Notes under the pieces: model-generated
Seen by the model: only the letters and a program-made list of their open reading frames with translations
Told to the model about the DNA's origin: nothing
Databases searched by the model: none
Position numbers and translations under genes: made by a program
Assembly (NCBI GenBank): GCA_976551045.1
Contig: CDPCPM010000151.1
Location: 4,588,001 to 4,652,000 of the forward strand
Direction: 5' to 3'
Length of the DNA: 64,000 nucleotides
Origin: Glaucostegus cemiculus
Lineage: Eukaryota
Part shown: positions 13,535 to 26,468 of the stretch, in pieces
Numbering within the stretch: position 1 is the stretch's first letter
Layout of the letters: the number at the start of each line of letters is the position of its first letter

Positions 13535-14352
13535 AAACCCTGCAAAAGCTGGACATCTGAAGTAAAAACAAAATTGATGGAAGTACTTAGCAGATCAAGC
13601 AGTATCTGGGGAGTTTTGATGAAAGGATCATCCACCTGAAACGTAATTCAGTTTCTCTCTCTAGAGAGATTTGCCTGATTTAGTGAGTATTTACAGCAGT
13701 TTGTTTTTGTCATGTTTCTTTTCTTATTGGGCTATAACCACATGGATAAAGTTCTCATGACACTTGTTTATAAATATTTTGCTCTTCCTTCCATTGTCAC
13801 TTTTCTATAGTAAATGAAACACAGACAACTACAAATCTGAAATAAAAATAAAAATGTTGGTTACATTCAGCAGGTCAGGCAGCATCTGTGGAAAGAGAAA
13901 TAGTTAACATTTTGGGTTGAAGATCTTTCATCAGAACTGGAAAGATAACGAGTTAGTTTGAAGTTGCAGAGAATGCAAGAGAGGGAATGGAAGGGGAATA
14001 TTGTTAGGGTGAGATCAGGGTCACTCTGAGGATAAGTAATTGGTAAAGTTATCTGATTGATATGTAAAATAAGGGGAGAGGAAGATGTGTCTGGTGGTGG
14101 AATCTAATAGAATGGGGTGGAAATTGCAAAGAAATACTCCCTGCACTGTTGTGAGGAGTCCTAACATAAGCTTGAGTAACAGTACCTCATCTTCCACCTG
14201 GGCACGTTGCAGTCATCCACACTCAGTATCAAATTCAACAGCTTAGTAATTTCGCTTTCTGTACTCATGTAGGTCATTCATCTGCAATATTGGTTGTTTT
14301 TCCCTCTACTAGTATGGCCTGGCTTACTGAGCTTTTCCTACAGCTCTGGATT
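13535..14352. mobile_element. Cluster of Penelope-like fragments (foldback 13540-13710; inverted fragment 13830-14352)
   Basis: CAGCAGGTCAGGCAGCATCTGTGGA termini; HKLE*QYLIFHLGTLQ C-terminal ORF remnant near 14166; hammerhead-like cores. Confidence 0.7.
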
Positions 14353-14359
14353 TAAGAAA

Positions 14360-16228
14360 GAAACTAAGAGAGCATAAAGAGGCCATCAAGAGTGTGTGGC
14401 GTGTGTGTTTGTGTGTGTAATAAATATATTAAAAAAATATGGGAACAAGAGGGTCGCCAGGAAAGGAATGGGTCCCCTTAGGAACCAAAGCGGTAACCTA
14501 TGTGAGGAGCCAGGTGATGTGAGCAGGGTCCTAAATTAATACTTTTCATCTGTATTCACCAACAAGAAGGACCTGGAAGATGGTGAATTCAGGGAGGGAT
14601 GCATGGATAATCTGAAGCAGGTCAGTATTAAGAAGGATGAGGTGTTGGATGTCATGGGATGCATAAGGATTGATAAATCCCCAGGGCTGGATGAAATATC
14701 TCCCAGGTTGCCATGGGAAGCAAGAGAGAAGATAGCTGGGGCTCTGGTGGAGAGTATTACATCTTCGTTAACCACAGGTGAGGTGGCAAAAGACTAGAGG
14801 ATAGTTAATATTGTTCCTTTATTTAAGAAGGGCAGCAGGGATAAGACAGGTAACTACAGGCTGGTGAGTCTTGGGTCAGTGGTAGAGAAATTATTGGTGA
14901 AAATCCTAAGGAATAGAATTTATGGAAAGTCAGGGGTTAGTCAAGCATAGTCAGCATAGCTTTGTATGGGGAAAATCTTGCCTCACTAATTTGATTGTTT
15001 TTTTTTTGAGGAAGTAACTCAGATGATTAATGAAGACAGGAGGGTAGATATCTATTGGGACTTTAGTAAGGCATTTGACAAGGTCCCACATGGTAGGCTA
15101 GTCCATAAGGTTATGGTACATGGGATCCGAGGCAAGCTGGCTAACTGGAACCAAATTTGGCTTGATGATAAAAAGCAGAGGGCAGTAGTGGAAGGATGCT
15201 TTTCTGATTGGAAGTCCTTGACCAGTTGTGTAACACAGGGACTGCTGCTGGGACCCTCACTATTTGTGATATGTATATTAATGACTTGGATGTAAATCTA
15301 GGATGCATGATTAATATGTTTGCAGATGACATGAGGTAATGTTGTGGATAGTGAGGAAGGTTGTCTAAGGCTACAGCAGGATGTGGATCAGAAAGTTGTG
15401 TGGAACATTGGCAGGTGGAATTTAATCCCAACAAGTGTGAGGTGATGTGTTTTGGGAAGTCAAATAGGGATAGGCCATGTACAGTAAATGGTAGGGCACT
15501 AAGGAATGTTGATGAACAGGGAGACCTTGGGGTTCCAGGTCAAGGTTCCCTAAAGTGCCAATGTAGGTAGCTAGGGTGGTGAAGAAGGCATATGGCATGT
15601 TTGCCTTCATAGGTCGGGGCATAAAATATAAAAGTTGAGGTGTTATGTTGCAACTTTACAAAATGCTTTGTAAAATTCTATAGAGACCGCACTGGAGTAT
15701 TGTGCACAGTTCTGGTCCCCAAACTATAGGAAGGAGGTGGTTGTGCTAGAGGGAATGCAGAAGAGATTCACCAGGGTGGATCTTCAGTTTGGAGGACTTT
15801 AGTAATGGGGAGAGATTGGATAGACTGGTCTCCTTTCCCTGGAGCAAAGGAGGCCGAGGGGGCGACCTGATACATGTAAATAAAATTATAAGAGGCATAG
15901 GTGGGGTAGATGGTCAAAATCTCTTTTCCCATGGTGGAGGTGTCAAAAATGAAGGCATAGGTTTAAAGTGAGAGGAAGAGGCTTTAAGGGAGATTTGAGG
16001 GGAAATTTTTAATAAACAGTCACTGATATCTGGAACTTGCTGCCAGAGGAGGTGGTAGGGTCATATACCATCACTACATTTAATAAACATTTAGGCAGGC
16101 ACTTAAATAGGCAAGGTACAGAAGGATATGGACCTTGTCCAGGCAAATGGGATTGCTACTGATGGGGGGAAAAGGTGGGCATGGACATGGTGGGCTGGAG
16201 AACCCATTTTTGTGCTGTACAACTCTGA
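14360..16228 (+). mobile_element. 5'-truncated CR1 LINE, decayed ORF2
   Basis: ORFs 14603-14797 (DKSPGLDEI.PR), 15023-15295 (DFSKAFDKVPH), 15361-15570 (WQVEFNPNKCEVM); FADD near 15319; 3' tail GTGCTGTACAACTCTGA. Confidence 0.95.
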
Positions 16229-16229
16229 A

Positions 16230-16362
16230 TCAAAAAGTGCTGCTGTAATGTGCAGCCAATTTGTAAACAGCAATTAAGTTATATGTTAAGATACTCAGCT
16301 TTAGCAGAGGCATAAATGTTGGCCCAGATACTGGAAGATACAATACTGTCTTGGAATCTTTT
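16230..16362 (+). repeat. Direct duplication, copy 2
   Basis: Begins immediately after the CR1 3' end; matches 11828-11960. Confidence 0.92.
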
Positions 16363-18289
16363 ACAGTCATTGAGGTTTTGGCTTAATGTCTTATCCAAAA
16401 GGTGGTATATCTAACAAACTAGCTGTAATAATAATGTACACAACATCCTGGCTGTAAGTATAAACTGCAAGAAGAGTCTGATATTTATATCACTCTTCTG
16501 AAGCATATATGGTGGATATTTTCATAAAGATTCACAAGTTATCATGAGTAGCTCCACATAAGTTACATGCCTATTGCAAAGCACTTTGCTTTATTCAACA
16601 CCTGATTACTAAATGTTATGTAATTTGGTACTTACTATAGGGGTGGCAGAGGTTACCAAATTGCTTCCAGGCTCTCCATGTGGACAGTGCAATGATGCAG
16701 AGATACATGTGTAATGATGTTCAACACGACTTTGGACATCACTCTCTTAAAAATTGTTTTGCACATGTGTGACCCATGATTATCATAAACCACACCTGCA
16801 CAACATCTGTGAAGCCAGTTGTAGCAATACTTAAGAAACCAGCTTAACCAGATGATGGCGTTCAATATTTGGCTCTACCTTTAGTTTGTCCCTTTTTAGG
16901 TTATCTACTTGAGCCTTACTCCCAACCCCCACCCTTTCTCAGTAATTGCTGACAACTCTGACATCACCCCATCCCTCAGTCATTCTTGTATTTTTCCAGT
17001 CTGTATCTTTTTGTATTACTAAGGTCAGAATTGTGTATAGTACTCTGCCTGTTTAAAGTTCTTTATAGGTTTAATGCAACTTTCTCTGTTTTTCAATTCT
17101 ATTCCTCTAACAATGAATCTCTGTGCTTAGATTGCATTTTTATGACTATCAATGTGCATTATTACTTGTACTGATTTGTGAATCCTTATCGCTATTTAAG
17201 CTCTTATTTTCTAAGAGGAGATGCATACAATATTTGCCTCATATATTTATCAATTTGCTAACTTTTGCTTTAGCTTTGCCACCTCTGTATTAACATCTAA
17301 TTTCTGTCACCCACAATTTTTGTTATACTGCTTCCAACTTCCAAGTCCAATTCATGATATGTCAATAGTGAGTTACCGTGGATCCAAATCTGATTTCAGT
17401 GGAGCAGCATTTGCCAAACTTCTGCTTTAATCTTTGATTTCAGTTTTCTTTTTTGTGGCCAGCATGCAATCTACACTCATCCCCCAACTCCAGCCTAGTC
17501 ATGAGCAGACTTTATCAACGGCCTTTTGAAATTTGTTGTCTACTAAATCATTCTTGGTCAGTAGTGCTCAATCAGGGATGTATTTTACTGCACTTATGCA
17601 TTATATCTACTGCATTACAATTGTTACCATGTTAAATAAATCAATAATTGGACTCAAGTTGATCCTGTATTTATAACTTTGACCTTCTACCCATAACTTG
17701 CAGTAGATCATATGACTTTGCTTTTGTACTTTGCTCAAATTGAAATTTTGCTTACTCCACATACACTGACTCACCAGCTATATAAATAAGTAGTCTATCT
17801 CTCTCTGTAAGTTTCACTAATTTGTATAATGAACAGTTATTCTGCAATCTAAAACCCAATGCCCAATATCTCTGACAGATCCTCTTTGTATTTATTAGCA
17901 GCCCACGCATACAAAAAATCATCTTGATGTTTGGTTACTGTTTTTATATTGTTTACTACTGAGATATGTAAGTATTTTCACAATTAGTTGGGCTAATTCA
18001 CACAAAGATCAAATAATTCATTTATGGACAATTAGTTGATTCTCCTGTATTTGCAGATTATTGAATACATTTAAATAACAGTAGAAGTATAACAAGACAT
18101 TTTTGATCAATGTGTTGATCTAGTAATTAGTTTTATGAGTGAGATTACATTGCCAATCACATTTGAGTCATGGAGTCATACAGGCCCTTTGGCCCATCAT
18201 GTGTATGCTGACCTTCTATACTAATGTTATTTAACAGCATTTGGTCCGTAGCCTTCTGTGTATTATTGATTCAAGTCCTGAGTGTCCTC

Positions 18290-18570
18290 TTACACGAATC
18301 ACTGAAAATTACCATATACAGTAGGTACAGCAGGCAGTTAGTAAGGCAAATGGTACATTGTCCATTTTACAGGAGGATTTGAGTACAAGATTAGCGTATA
18401 ATTTTACTCCCATTACAGAGGGTGCTGGTGAGAGAGCAGTTGGAATATTATACACAGATTGGGTCTCCCTACATAAGGAAGTTGAAATGCAGTAAAGGTT
18501 CACTGGGATCTAGGATTCAACCTATGTCAAGAGGTTAAGCAGACTAGGCTTTATGTTCTCTTGAGTTTAT
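18290..18570 (+). mobile_element. Old CR1 ORF2 fragment
   Basis: CAGGTACAGCAGGCAGTTAGTAAGGCAAATGG reads QVQQAVSKANG; LVR..LEY..Q..SP remnant. Confidence 0.65.
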
Positions 18571-20169
18571 AAAGGAATGGTTACTGTTGCAGGTCAATGA
18601 CTTATTCATCAGATCTAGGGAGTGTTTTAAGCAGGAGAGATGGAAAGAACAAAGGGAATGTCTGATTTTTTTTTCCCTTGCCACCAATTTCACCCCCCCT
18701 TCCCAGCTGAGCTCTTAGATTGAAGCTGACTGTTCATCACCTTTGCATCCTATTTATCCTTGAGCTGCTTTTTTGTAAAGTAAAAGCCATAGAATTATTA
18801 CAGGAGGCCAGCCATTTGAGACTGTGGTGAGTTTTTGAGAGTCCAATTCAGCACATCTCCCCTGTTTTGACCCTGTAGTCCTGTAAATTTATGTCTCATA
18901 CTTACAAAATTTGTTTTGAACATCTGCCACCCATACAGCCATCATAATCCAGATCATAATTACTCACTAGTGATTGAGTCTTCTCCATTTCTTCTTTGGT
19001 TCTTTTGCAAGTCACCTTAAATCTATGTTGTTTGGTTTCCATCCCTCACACCAAGGGGAATAGTATCTCTTTATTCACTTTGCCTAAATCATCCTTGATT
19101 TTGAATACTACTTCCGATTTTTTTTGGTATAAGGAGAACAACCACATTATCCATTTATTTGAGTTCACTCATATCTTGGACTATTCTAGTAAATCATTTC
19201 TGCACAGGGTTCAACATAACTTTTGTATTCTAACCTCTATCTATAACGTCTAAGATTCCATGTGCTGCCGTCATCAAAAATTTGTGCAGATTTACTCCCA
19301 GGTTTCTTTGCTCCTGCAGCCCCCTTTGGAATAGTATCCTGTATATTATTTTACCTCTGTTTTTTATTTCCACCAAAAAGGCTTCATTTTGCAATTCTCA
19401 TTCCTTATTGCTTCTTCACCACCAAGGTTAATGATAGTTGCAGGGTTTATCCTTACTTTCTTGATTCAACAATGTTGGAACATTTGTAGTTTTCTAGCCC
19501 CCTACCACCATCGTTATGTCAAAATAGAATTGAAAGTTAATGGAGAGTAACTTGTAGGTTTGCTGTCTCATTTCACTGAACAACCTAGGATGCATTCCAT
19601 CTGGACCTGGTGACTTACCCACTTAATGTACAGCCAGTATTTTCAGTACATCCCTTTTATTTTGTTTTGCTCTATCCAGTAGCTCTCTGCATCCTATGTT
19701 GTTATGAATTTAGCAACATCTTTTTGTGCAGCTAGATGGAAAGAACTGGATACAAGAGGCTTTAGGAGCCCCTTTTGCCTTGCCTTTCTCATCTCATTTT
19801 TCACTTTGATTTTTCTTTATTTAAGCTGGTTCTTTCATGTATTGTCATCCAGACATTGATCTCATTGCCCTTTTTCTGCATCATCTTACTCTTTATTTCT
19901 TTTATCACACAGGGGCTCTAGCTTTTGTTGCCATGTCTTTTTTTTTCTCATAGAAATATATCTAAATACAATCTGAATCATTTATTTTACAAATCTTTGA
20001 AAATAGCAAGAATGCAATATTTAAAAAATAATATTTATGGGATCAGGAGCTTTGTAAAAGAGATAAAGTGCACTAAACCAAGGAGTTACACCGAACGTCT
20101 ATAAAACACTGGTTTACCCACAAGCTGAGTACTATGTCCAGTTATAAAGAAAGGACCCCCCCAGGCAGT

Positions 20170-21392
20170 TGTGTTGTTTGAGCTTGTTCTCCTTGGAGCA
20201 GAGAAAAGTAAGCAATATTTGATACAAGTGATCAAAATCATCAAGGGGCCAGACTGAGTAAATAAAGGGAAACTGCTTCCATTGGTAGAAGGTCGAAATC
20301 CTAGTAGAAGAAGCAGCAGTGAATATGAGAGAAATCTTTTTTTTGTTACGAAGTAGCTTACTATAGGCAAATATCACTTTAAGATGGGACATTGTGTGTG
20401 TGCGCCTATAAGGACGTATTACGTCAACAGAAGATAAGACTAACGTGATGAGGTCATTACAAGAAAGAAAAAGAGAAGGAGAGAGAGAGACGACAGACAG
20501 ACGGAGAGAGAGAAGAAGGAGAGACGGCAGCCTGTTTTGTTTCTGTCAATGGATGAAGGACAGTAACTGTGTTTGTCACTAAAATCCGTGGATGGATTTC
20601 TGGAGTAGTCCAGTGGAGTTCACTTTGTCGGTAACCTGTAGAAGGACACAGGTGTTTGCGTGGACAACCACATTTTGGATGCTCTTCAGAGTGGCAGATA
20701 GTGTAGAACAAAGTGACAGAATTCACTTTGCTGCTAACCTGTAGAAGAACACAGGTGTTTGCATGGACAGTCACAATCAAGGAGTTTTCGGGGTGAGAAA
20801 GTCACTACCAAGTTAGCCCTGAAGTGTCGTTCGAGTTTTGAGTGGAACATTTGGATTTCGTGATTCCTCTCTAATCTCTCTCTATATCTATGTTTTGTCT
20901 TCGGTGGACGGTGTTTGTGAAGAAGCCTTTATTCGTGTTTCATCTTACGGCTTACTGAACTGAACTTTAAGAACTAATTCCTGGACTTTGGAGTTTAGGA
21001 ATTCGACACACACACACGACGAGTAGTTTTTGGGGTTATAGTTTAAGATTCTAATATTTTGTTTTGTATTAATATACTAATTTTTTGTTCTTATTATACG
21101 TATTATCGGAAGTAGTTATTAATAAAGTAGTTTTACCACTGAAGTATGACTTGGTGTGCTTCTTTTGTTGCTGGTTTCGTAACATTTTGCACTGTGATTC
21201 AGTGCATAAATATGCTGTGAATGTAAATTCAATTGTCATTTTCAGAAATTGGTTGCATGCTTGAGGGAAGAAAATTGCAGGGTTGCGAGAAAGAGGTGAA
21301 GAATGGGAATGACTGGATTGCTCCTGCACAGAACTAGCACATTCTTGGTGGGCCAAAAGGCTTCCCTATGTTCTATAACATTTCCATGATTG
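20170..21392 (+). mobile_element. CR1 3' fragment split by a solo LTR
   Basis: LFSLEQR...LIQVIKII..KLLPLVEG before 20344; CR1-type 3' UTR resumes after 21184. Confidence 0.7.
20344..21184 (+). mobile_element. Solo LTR (Gypsy-like), 841 bp
   Basis: Termini TGTTACGAA...TTCGTAACA (perfect 9-bp inverted repeat), TTTT on both flanks, AATAAA at 21121, CpG-rich versus background. Confidence 0.85.
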
Positions 21393-22659
21393 TTGTTGTC
21401 CTCTTGGATCAATTTCCCAACCCTGTGAAATTGACCCTCTTCCAATGAGATATTTTTATTCTACATTTCTCTGGCACCCACCCACTCCATTTACTCCAGA
21501 TTAAACCTCTCACCCACTTGTTTAGATCGGCCTCATCGTCCCTGTCTCTGAAATTTCTTCCAGCTCTATAGAGGAGAATCTGATCCCCCAGCTCTGGCTT
21601 CTTGTCCATCCTTGCCCCATTGGTAGCAGCTTTGAGCTCAGTCATCAAGGGAAACTGGAACTTCTCTCCTAACTTCCTCTGCCACTTCCCCTTTCATGGA
21701 CACCTGCTTCAAAGCTTTCCCCCTCAAAAATTCAATCATGCTTTCAAATACCCCCTTCTTCAACACCATGGCAATGAATTTATATCGAATTCCATTCTCT
21801 GAATCATCTGGAGATGTTTTGCTATTTAATTGCAAGGTTCATTTAGAAAGAGAGAGCTGTCCTGGCACACAAGTAACATTAATAAAGTAACATTTTGAGA
21901 CCTTCTTTCATGCTCAGTGATATATGTGATTCTGAACCGATGTCTACAGTAGTGTAATCTAGTCTGACGTACACCATCTGCTATGAAAGTCCAAGCTGTC
22001 AAACAGCAACTCACACTGACTTCAGTTTTTATTCCAAGCACAGACCCTCTCCTTCCTACCAGCCTCCTACTGCTGTCACCCCAGCCTCAATCACTACCAT
22101 GGTGAGAAAACAGTCTTATGTGACAAAGTAGAGAGGATTTATTCTGTTGGATTAATGTCACTTTAGAAGGCAATGGTTATTCTTTTAAAAATGGCATCAG
22201 GCTGCTATGTCTCTTGGATGCCTTTAAAGTAATTCCCTTTGATCTGTACTTTAATTGGCACTCCACAGGCTATTTTATGTGACTGATTGAAATGTAAATA
22301 GCCTTCAACAGATTGTTTAAAAATGTTTTAAATATTTGTCTCTGCCATTAGTCGGTTGAAGCTGTATTGCAAACTCATTATGCTGTGTGGATGTCTGAGA
22401 CTGTATTGCTAAATGTGTGATCTAATATTTTTGGTATTGTTGCCTGGAGGTGCATTTTAGCATGAATAAATTATCTGCCTGAAATACCGAGCTCTTTGAT
22501 CTCGAGCTAGCTGAGTAAGTGAAGCTCCATTAAAATTGAATTTTATTTAGACTGTTTGGTGCTGGCACATTCAGCAGAGTAAAAGAAGAATGATGTATAA
22601 TCTGGAAGGCTTTGTTATTAAGCACAGGGAAAAGGTCACTGACATTGTTTTGCCTGCAT

Positions 22660-23397
22660 GAAGCAAGTCCTAGCCAACACTAAGGTACGTGCTGATAAAT
22701 GGCAAGTGGCATTCATTCCAGTGAAGTGCCAGGCAATGAACATTACCAGTGAGGGAGACTATAAACCAACTTCTACTGACATCAATAGCAATACTATCAC
22801 AAGCTGCACTATCAAAGCACTGGGAGTCACAATTATCCAGAAAGTTAACTGGTCAGATCAGAGCGTGAGTATCTTGTAGCCTTGATTCAACTTCAGTACC
22901 CCAATACTTTCTTCTGTCGACAAGGCATAAGTCAAGGATTGAATACTCTTCACTTGCCTGGACGTGTGCAGCTGCAACAATGATAAAGAGTCATAGCATT
23001 ATTCAGCACTATGTTTGATTGCTCGCCCACCAAACCCACTGATCATTCATTCAACCCACCACCAGTGGACTGTGGTTGCAGTGTAGACAATCTACAAAAT
23101 GTAGTGCAATTACTCACCAACGCTGCTCCAGTAACTCCCAAACCAGCAACCTTTATCACCAAGAGGCACAAATGTTGTTCTCCAAGTAGCACACCACCTT
23201 GAATTAGAAATGTATCATCCATTTTTCACTGTCATTGGATGTTTAAATCTGGGAACTTCCTGCCCAACGGCATCAAGCATTTACCTTCACTAGAGAGCTA
23301 TTATGGTTCAGAATAAAGCTTTCTCAATGGCATTAAGGGATGGGTAGTATGTGTTGGTCTTGTCAGCAGTGTCCAAGTTCCATACGTGAAAAGAAAC
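22660..23397 (+). mobile_element. Old CR1/L2-group LINE 3' fragment
   Basis: ORF 22658-22879 ADKWQVAFIPVKCQAM...LGVTI; related pieces at about 28320-28620 (-), 48040-48530 (-), 49320-49715 (+), 61280-61900 (-). Confidence 0.7.
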
Positions 23398-23799
23398 TTG
23401 GGAATAAGATCTTATTTTTTGTGTTAACATCAAAAAACGATTTCAGTTTATTAGACCTTTTTAAAAATTTAAGAAAAGATAAGCCAACCCTCATTAGCAT
23501 ATCCATGGCTGTATTATTCTTATCTCTGAATTGAAATTGGGAGGAGAAAGAATGAGGTGTAATGCAAAATCCAATGCACAAAGTTAATCCGAGTATTTGT
23601 TACCTCAACCAAAGAGGTAAATCTCTCTCTCAAAGATCAGATGAATTTTAGGGGTGACGGATAATGATGGTAGAATGTTTGGTATTGTTTTCCATGATGG
23701 GGGAAAAGTAATGTCTTAATGCTGGAAAGTGATATTTTAAACTATTGGATATCTAGGCATCTTTTTATTTTAAAAAAAGTCTTGTTTCATCATCATTTC

Positions 23800-24170
23800 A
23801 TTAATACAAACATTCTTACAGGGCTTGACAGGGTCGATGAGGGTTTGTTTCCTCTGGCTGAGATGTCTAAAACCAGGGCTCAGAGTCTCAAAATAAGTGG
23901 TCAGTAATTCGGGACTAAGATGAGAAGAAATGTCTTCACCCAGAGGGTGGTAAATCTTTTAATTCACCCACCCAAGAGGGTTGTGGAGGTTTATTAGTTG
24001 AGGGCTATGGAGGTGAAGTTGACCATTAATATGTTTTTCGATATTAAAGAAATCAAGGGATATGGAATTAATTCAGGAAAGTGGAGCCGAGGTAAAAGAC
24101 CGGCCAAATGATAGAGTAGGCACAATGGGCTAAATGGCCTAGTCTTTCTGTTTCTTATGTTATCATATTC
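23800..24170 (+). mobile_element. CR1 3' fragment
   Basis: ILTGLDRVDEGLFPLAEMSKTR..SLKI; TTCACCCAGAGGGTGGT; tail TTCTTATGTT. Confidence 0.8.
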
Positions 24171-24687
24171 TTTCTTTTCCTTTCCCTGTCAGTATGTCTG
24201 TTCACCTGGGTCGTCCCCTTGCTGTGATGTAGTAATGATCCAACAACCAGTGTTTCACACTGGCAGGTGATGTTTGTTTACTGGCCTTGCATAAACATAT
24301 GACTATAAAATCTAGTTTGCTGAAGTGAGGCAGGTAAACTTGAGCAACTGATGGTGTAGAGCCTCAGATCCCCAGCTTTCTCTTGCCTTTCATCAGCTAA
24401 AGTATCACACTTCCTGCTGAATTTTTATTTAGCTGAGAATTGAGCTATGCAGACAGTTCTTGGTCTTAGATTAATTTTGACAAGCCTATCAATAAAGCAA
24501 GGAATTTGGGGAGTAACTGGGTAATCCCTCAAATGTGTATTGACTAAGACCTATTTGCTGGCCATGTTATTTCAAATGATGATTCAGTTCTGTGGAAAGA
24601 CCATGGTAATTTTGCAGTTTCAAATATAAACAGCATTTGTTATGTGCTCTTAACGTATCTGACAAGTTTTTCCTTCTCATTGTTCAG

Positions 24688-24800
24688 CGGGTGGTCTGCA
24701 GGAAATCGCCACAAAGTTTGACAATCAAAGTGTGATGTATGGATTCTGCAGCATTAAGGACTCTGGTTCTGGCCTGCCCAAATATGTCCTGATAAACTGG
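24688..24800 (+). CDS. DBN1: Drebrin exon 3 (ADF-H): AGGLQEIATKFDNQSVMYGFCSIKDSGSGLPKYVLINW
   Basis: tgttcag|CG...TGG|gtatgt; 113 nt, phase 1-0. Confidence 0.96.
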
Positions 24801-25244
24801 GTATGTCATTTTTCATTTCAGTTGCACTGTTGTTAATGGATGCAAATCACCAAAAATTATTGTCCCAGATTATACTGAGTAAGGACAAGACTGCAAGTGT
24901 TCATGCTGAAACTGATAGGAACAAGGATTTTTAGGCCAGTGTGGAAATCCCAAAGTGAGCCAGAGTAAATTTCTAGACAGTAGAACTGAAGGAAATAATT
25001 TCCACTTCAAATGTTTCCAGAAAAACTTGCATTTAGTTGCATTAGGTGAAGCAAGTTTTTAAGTAATAATTATTGCTTATGACCAATCTGGCCCTAAAAA
25101 ATCATGAACAGTAAGTTCCTAGCAAGTCAGTGATGAGCAGCCTGCTGTTACTGCTGACCTACAAAAAGGCTTCAGACTTGCCTTGTGCGATCCCCTGGCT
25201 GGAAGAAGCTACTGCCCACTGCAGCTTATTTAGAATGATTCAAC

Positions 25245-25480
25245 ACTTAGCAGTAAGCACTGCTGCTTGATAGCTCCAGGGTTCAATCCTAACCTCTGTT
25301 TCTGTATGTATGGAGTTTGCATGTTCTCCCTGCTGCTGTGTAGGTTTTCTCCCACATCCCAAGAGTGTGCTAGTAAGTTAATGGGTTACTGTAAATTACC
25401 TGGTGATTAACTGGCAAAAGAATCGAAGTCAAGATCATGAGCATGTGAGAGAATAAGTTGGCACAGGAAAAGTGGGTAGA
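25245..25480 (+). mobile_element. V-SINE/HE1-like SINE
   Basis: GGTTCAATCC B-box; GGAGTTTGCATGTTCTCCC...CTCCCACATCCCAA. Confidence 0.75.
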
Positions 25481-26393
25481 CAAAATCTACTCACAAAAAG
25501 ATAGGAAGTAACTGTTTAAAAACCTCACACAGCTCTTTAAAAGATTTTAAATTATTAAATAATTGAAAAGTTAGTTGGCTTTAAAGCATTAAAATTAAAA
25601 CAATTTAAAAAATCTATGAATACTACTGCTTACGTTGGACCCAAAAAGCCTGGTTGCCCTCCAATAAAATGTGTCAGGTCCAATCACTGGTTGTTCATGA
25701 AGAAGTTCCACTGTAAATGTTGGCACACTGGATTGCATGAGGAGTCTGCTGTTGGGCCATGGAGAGAGAATCACTGGCCAACAGCTGTGCTGCAGATCTT
25801 GGGCTTCCTCATTCACATATGCAGAGGTGGAAATCCTGAACTTGTTCTCATATGGGGAATTGGTGGCAGTTAGCTACAGAGCTACTGGCTTTCTCCGCAA
25901 AATACCAAATCATTATTTCAAATTATAAAGAAATTAATTTTTATGTTTATTGCACACTTCAGCTGCTTTAATTATGTGCATTTTCCAACTGAAATACTTT
26001 ATTTTTACCTAACAACATAGGACAGCAGAAATTTTTGGAAAAAAAAGTAGTTTTAGTGATGACTTGAGTTTGTGGGAAATTTCTAAACCATCCCTTACAT
26101 TATCCTGCAGTTATCCCAGGAATGATTCCCTGTTAACTGAGCCTACAGCTCCATGCTGCACCTCTCTCTGGAAAAACCCAGCAAGTCTTGTCCATCAGTG
26201 ACCCCTTCTACTCTTTCACCAACCTCCTGAGGGGGCTAATTTTACCATTCTCCTTCCCATTCAATGTGGACAAACATTTGTTCTGAGAGTGACCAGAGAG
26301 ATAAATTCCCTATAATCTGTTGCATATGAAGTTGTGTATTTTAGTTTAACCATTGCTTTGGTGGGGCTTTCACCTTTCAAATCTTTTCCTTAG

Positions 26394-26468
26394 GTGGGTG
26401 AAGATGTGGATGATCATCGAAAATGCACGTGTGCTAGTCATGTGCCCACAATTGCAGACTTCTTCCAG
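26394..26468 (+). CDS. DBN1: Drebrin exon 4 (ADF-H): VGEDVDDHRKCTCASHVPTIADFFQ, GC donor
   Basis: ttccttag|GTG...CAG|gcaagt; 75 nt, phase 0-0; matches VGEDVPDARKCACASHVAKVAEFFQ. Confidence 0.94.

Noticed and set aside
20457-20780. 107-aa minus-strand ORF in the LTR
   Set aside because: Low-complexity, no retroviral motif, lies in non-coding LTR sequence.
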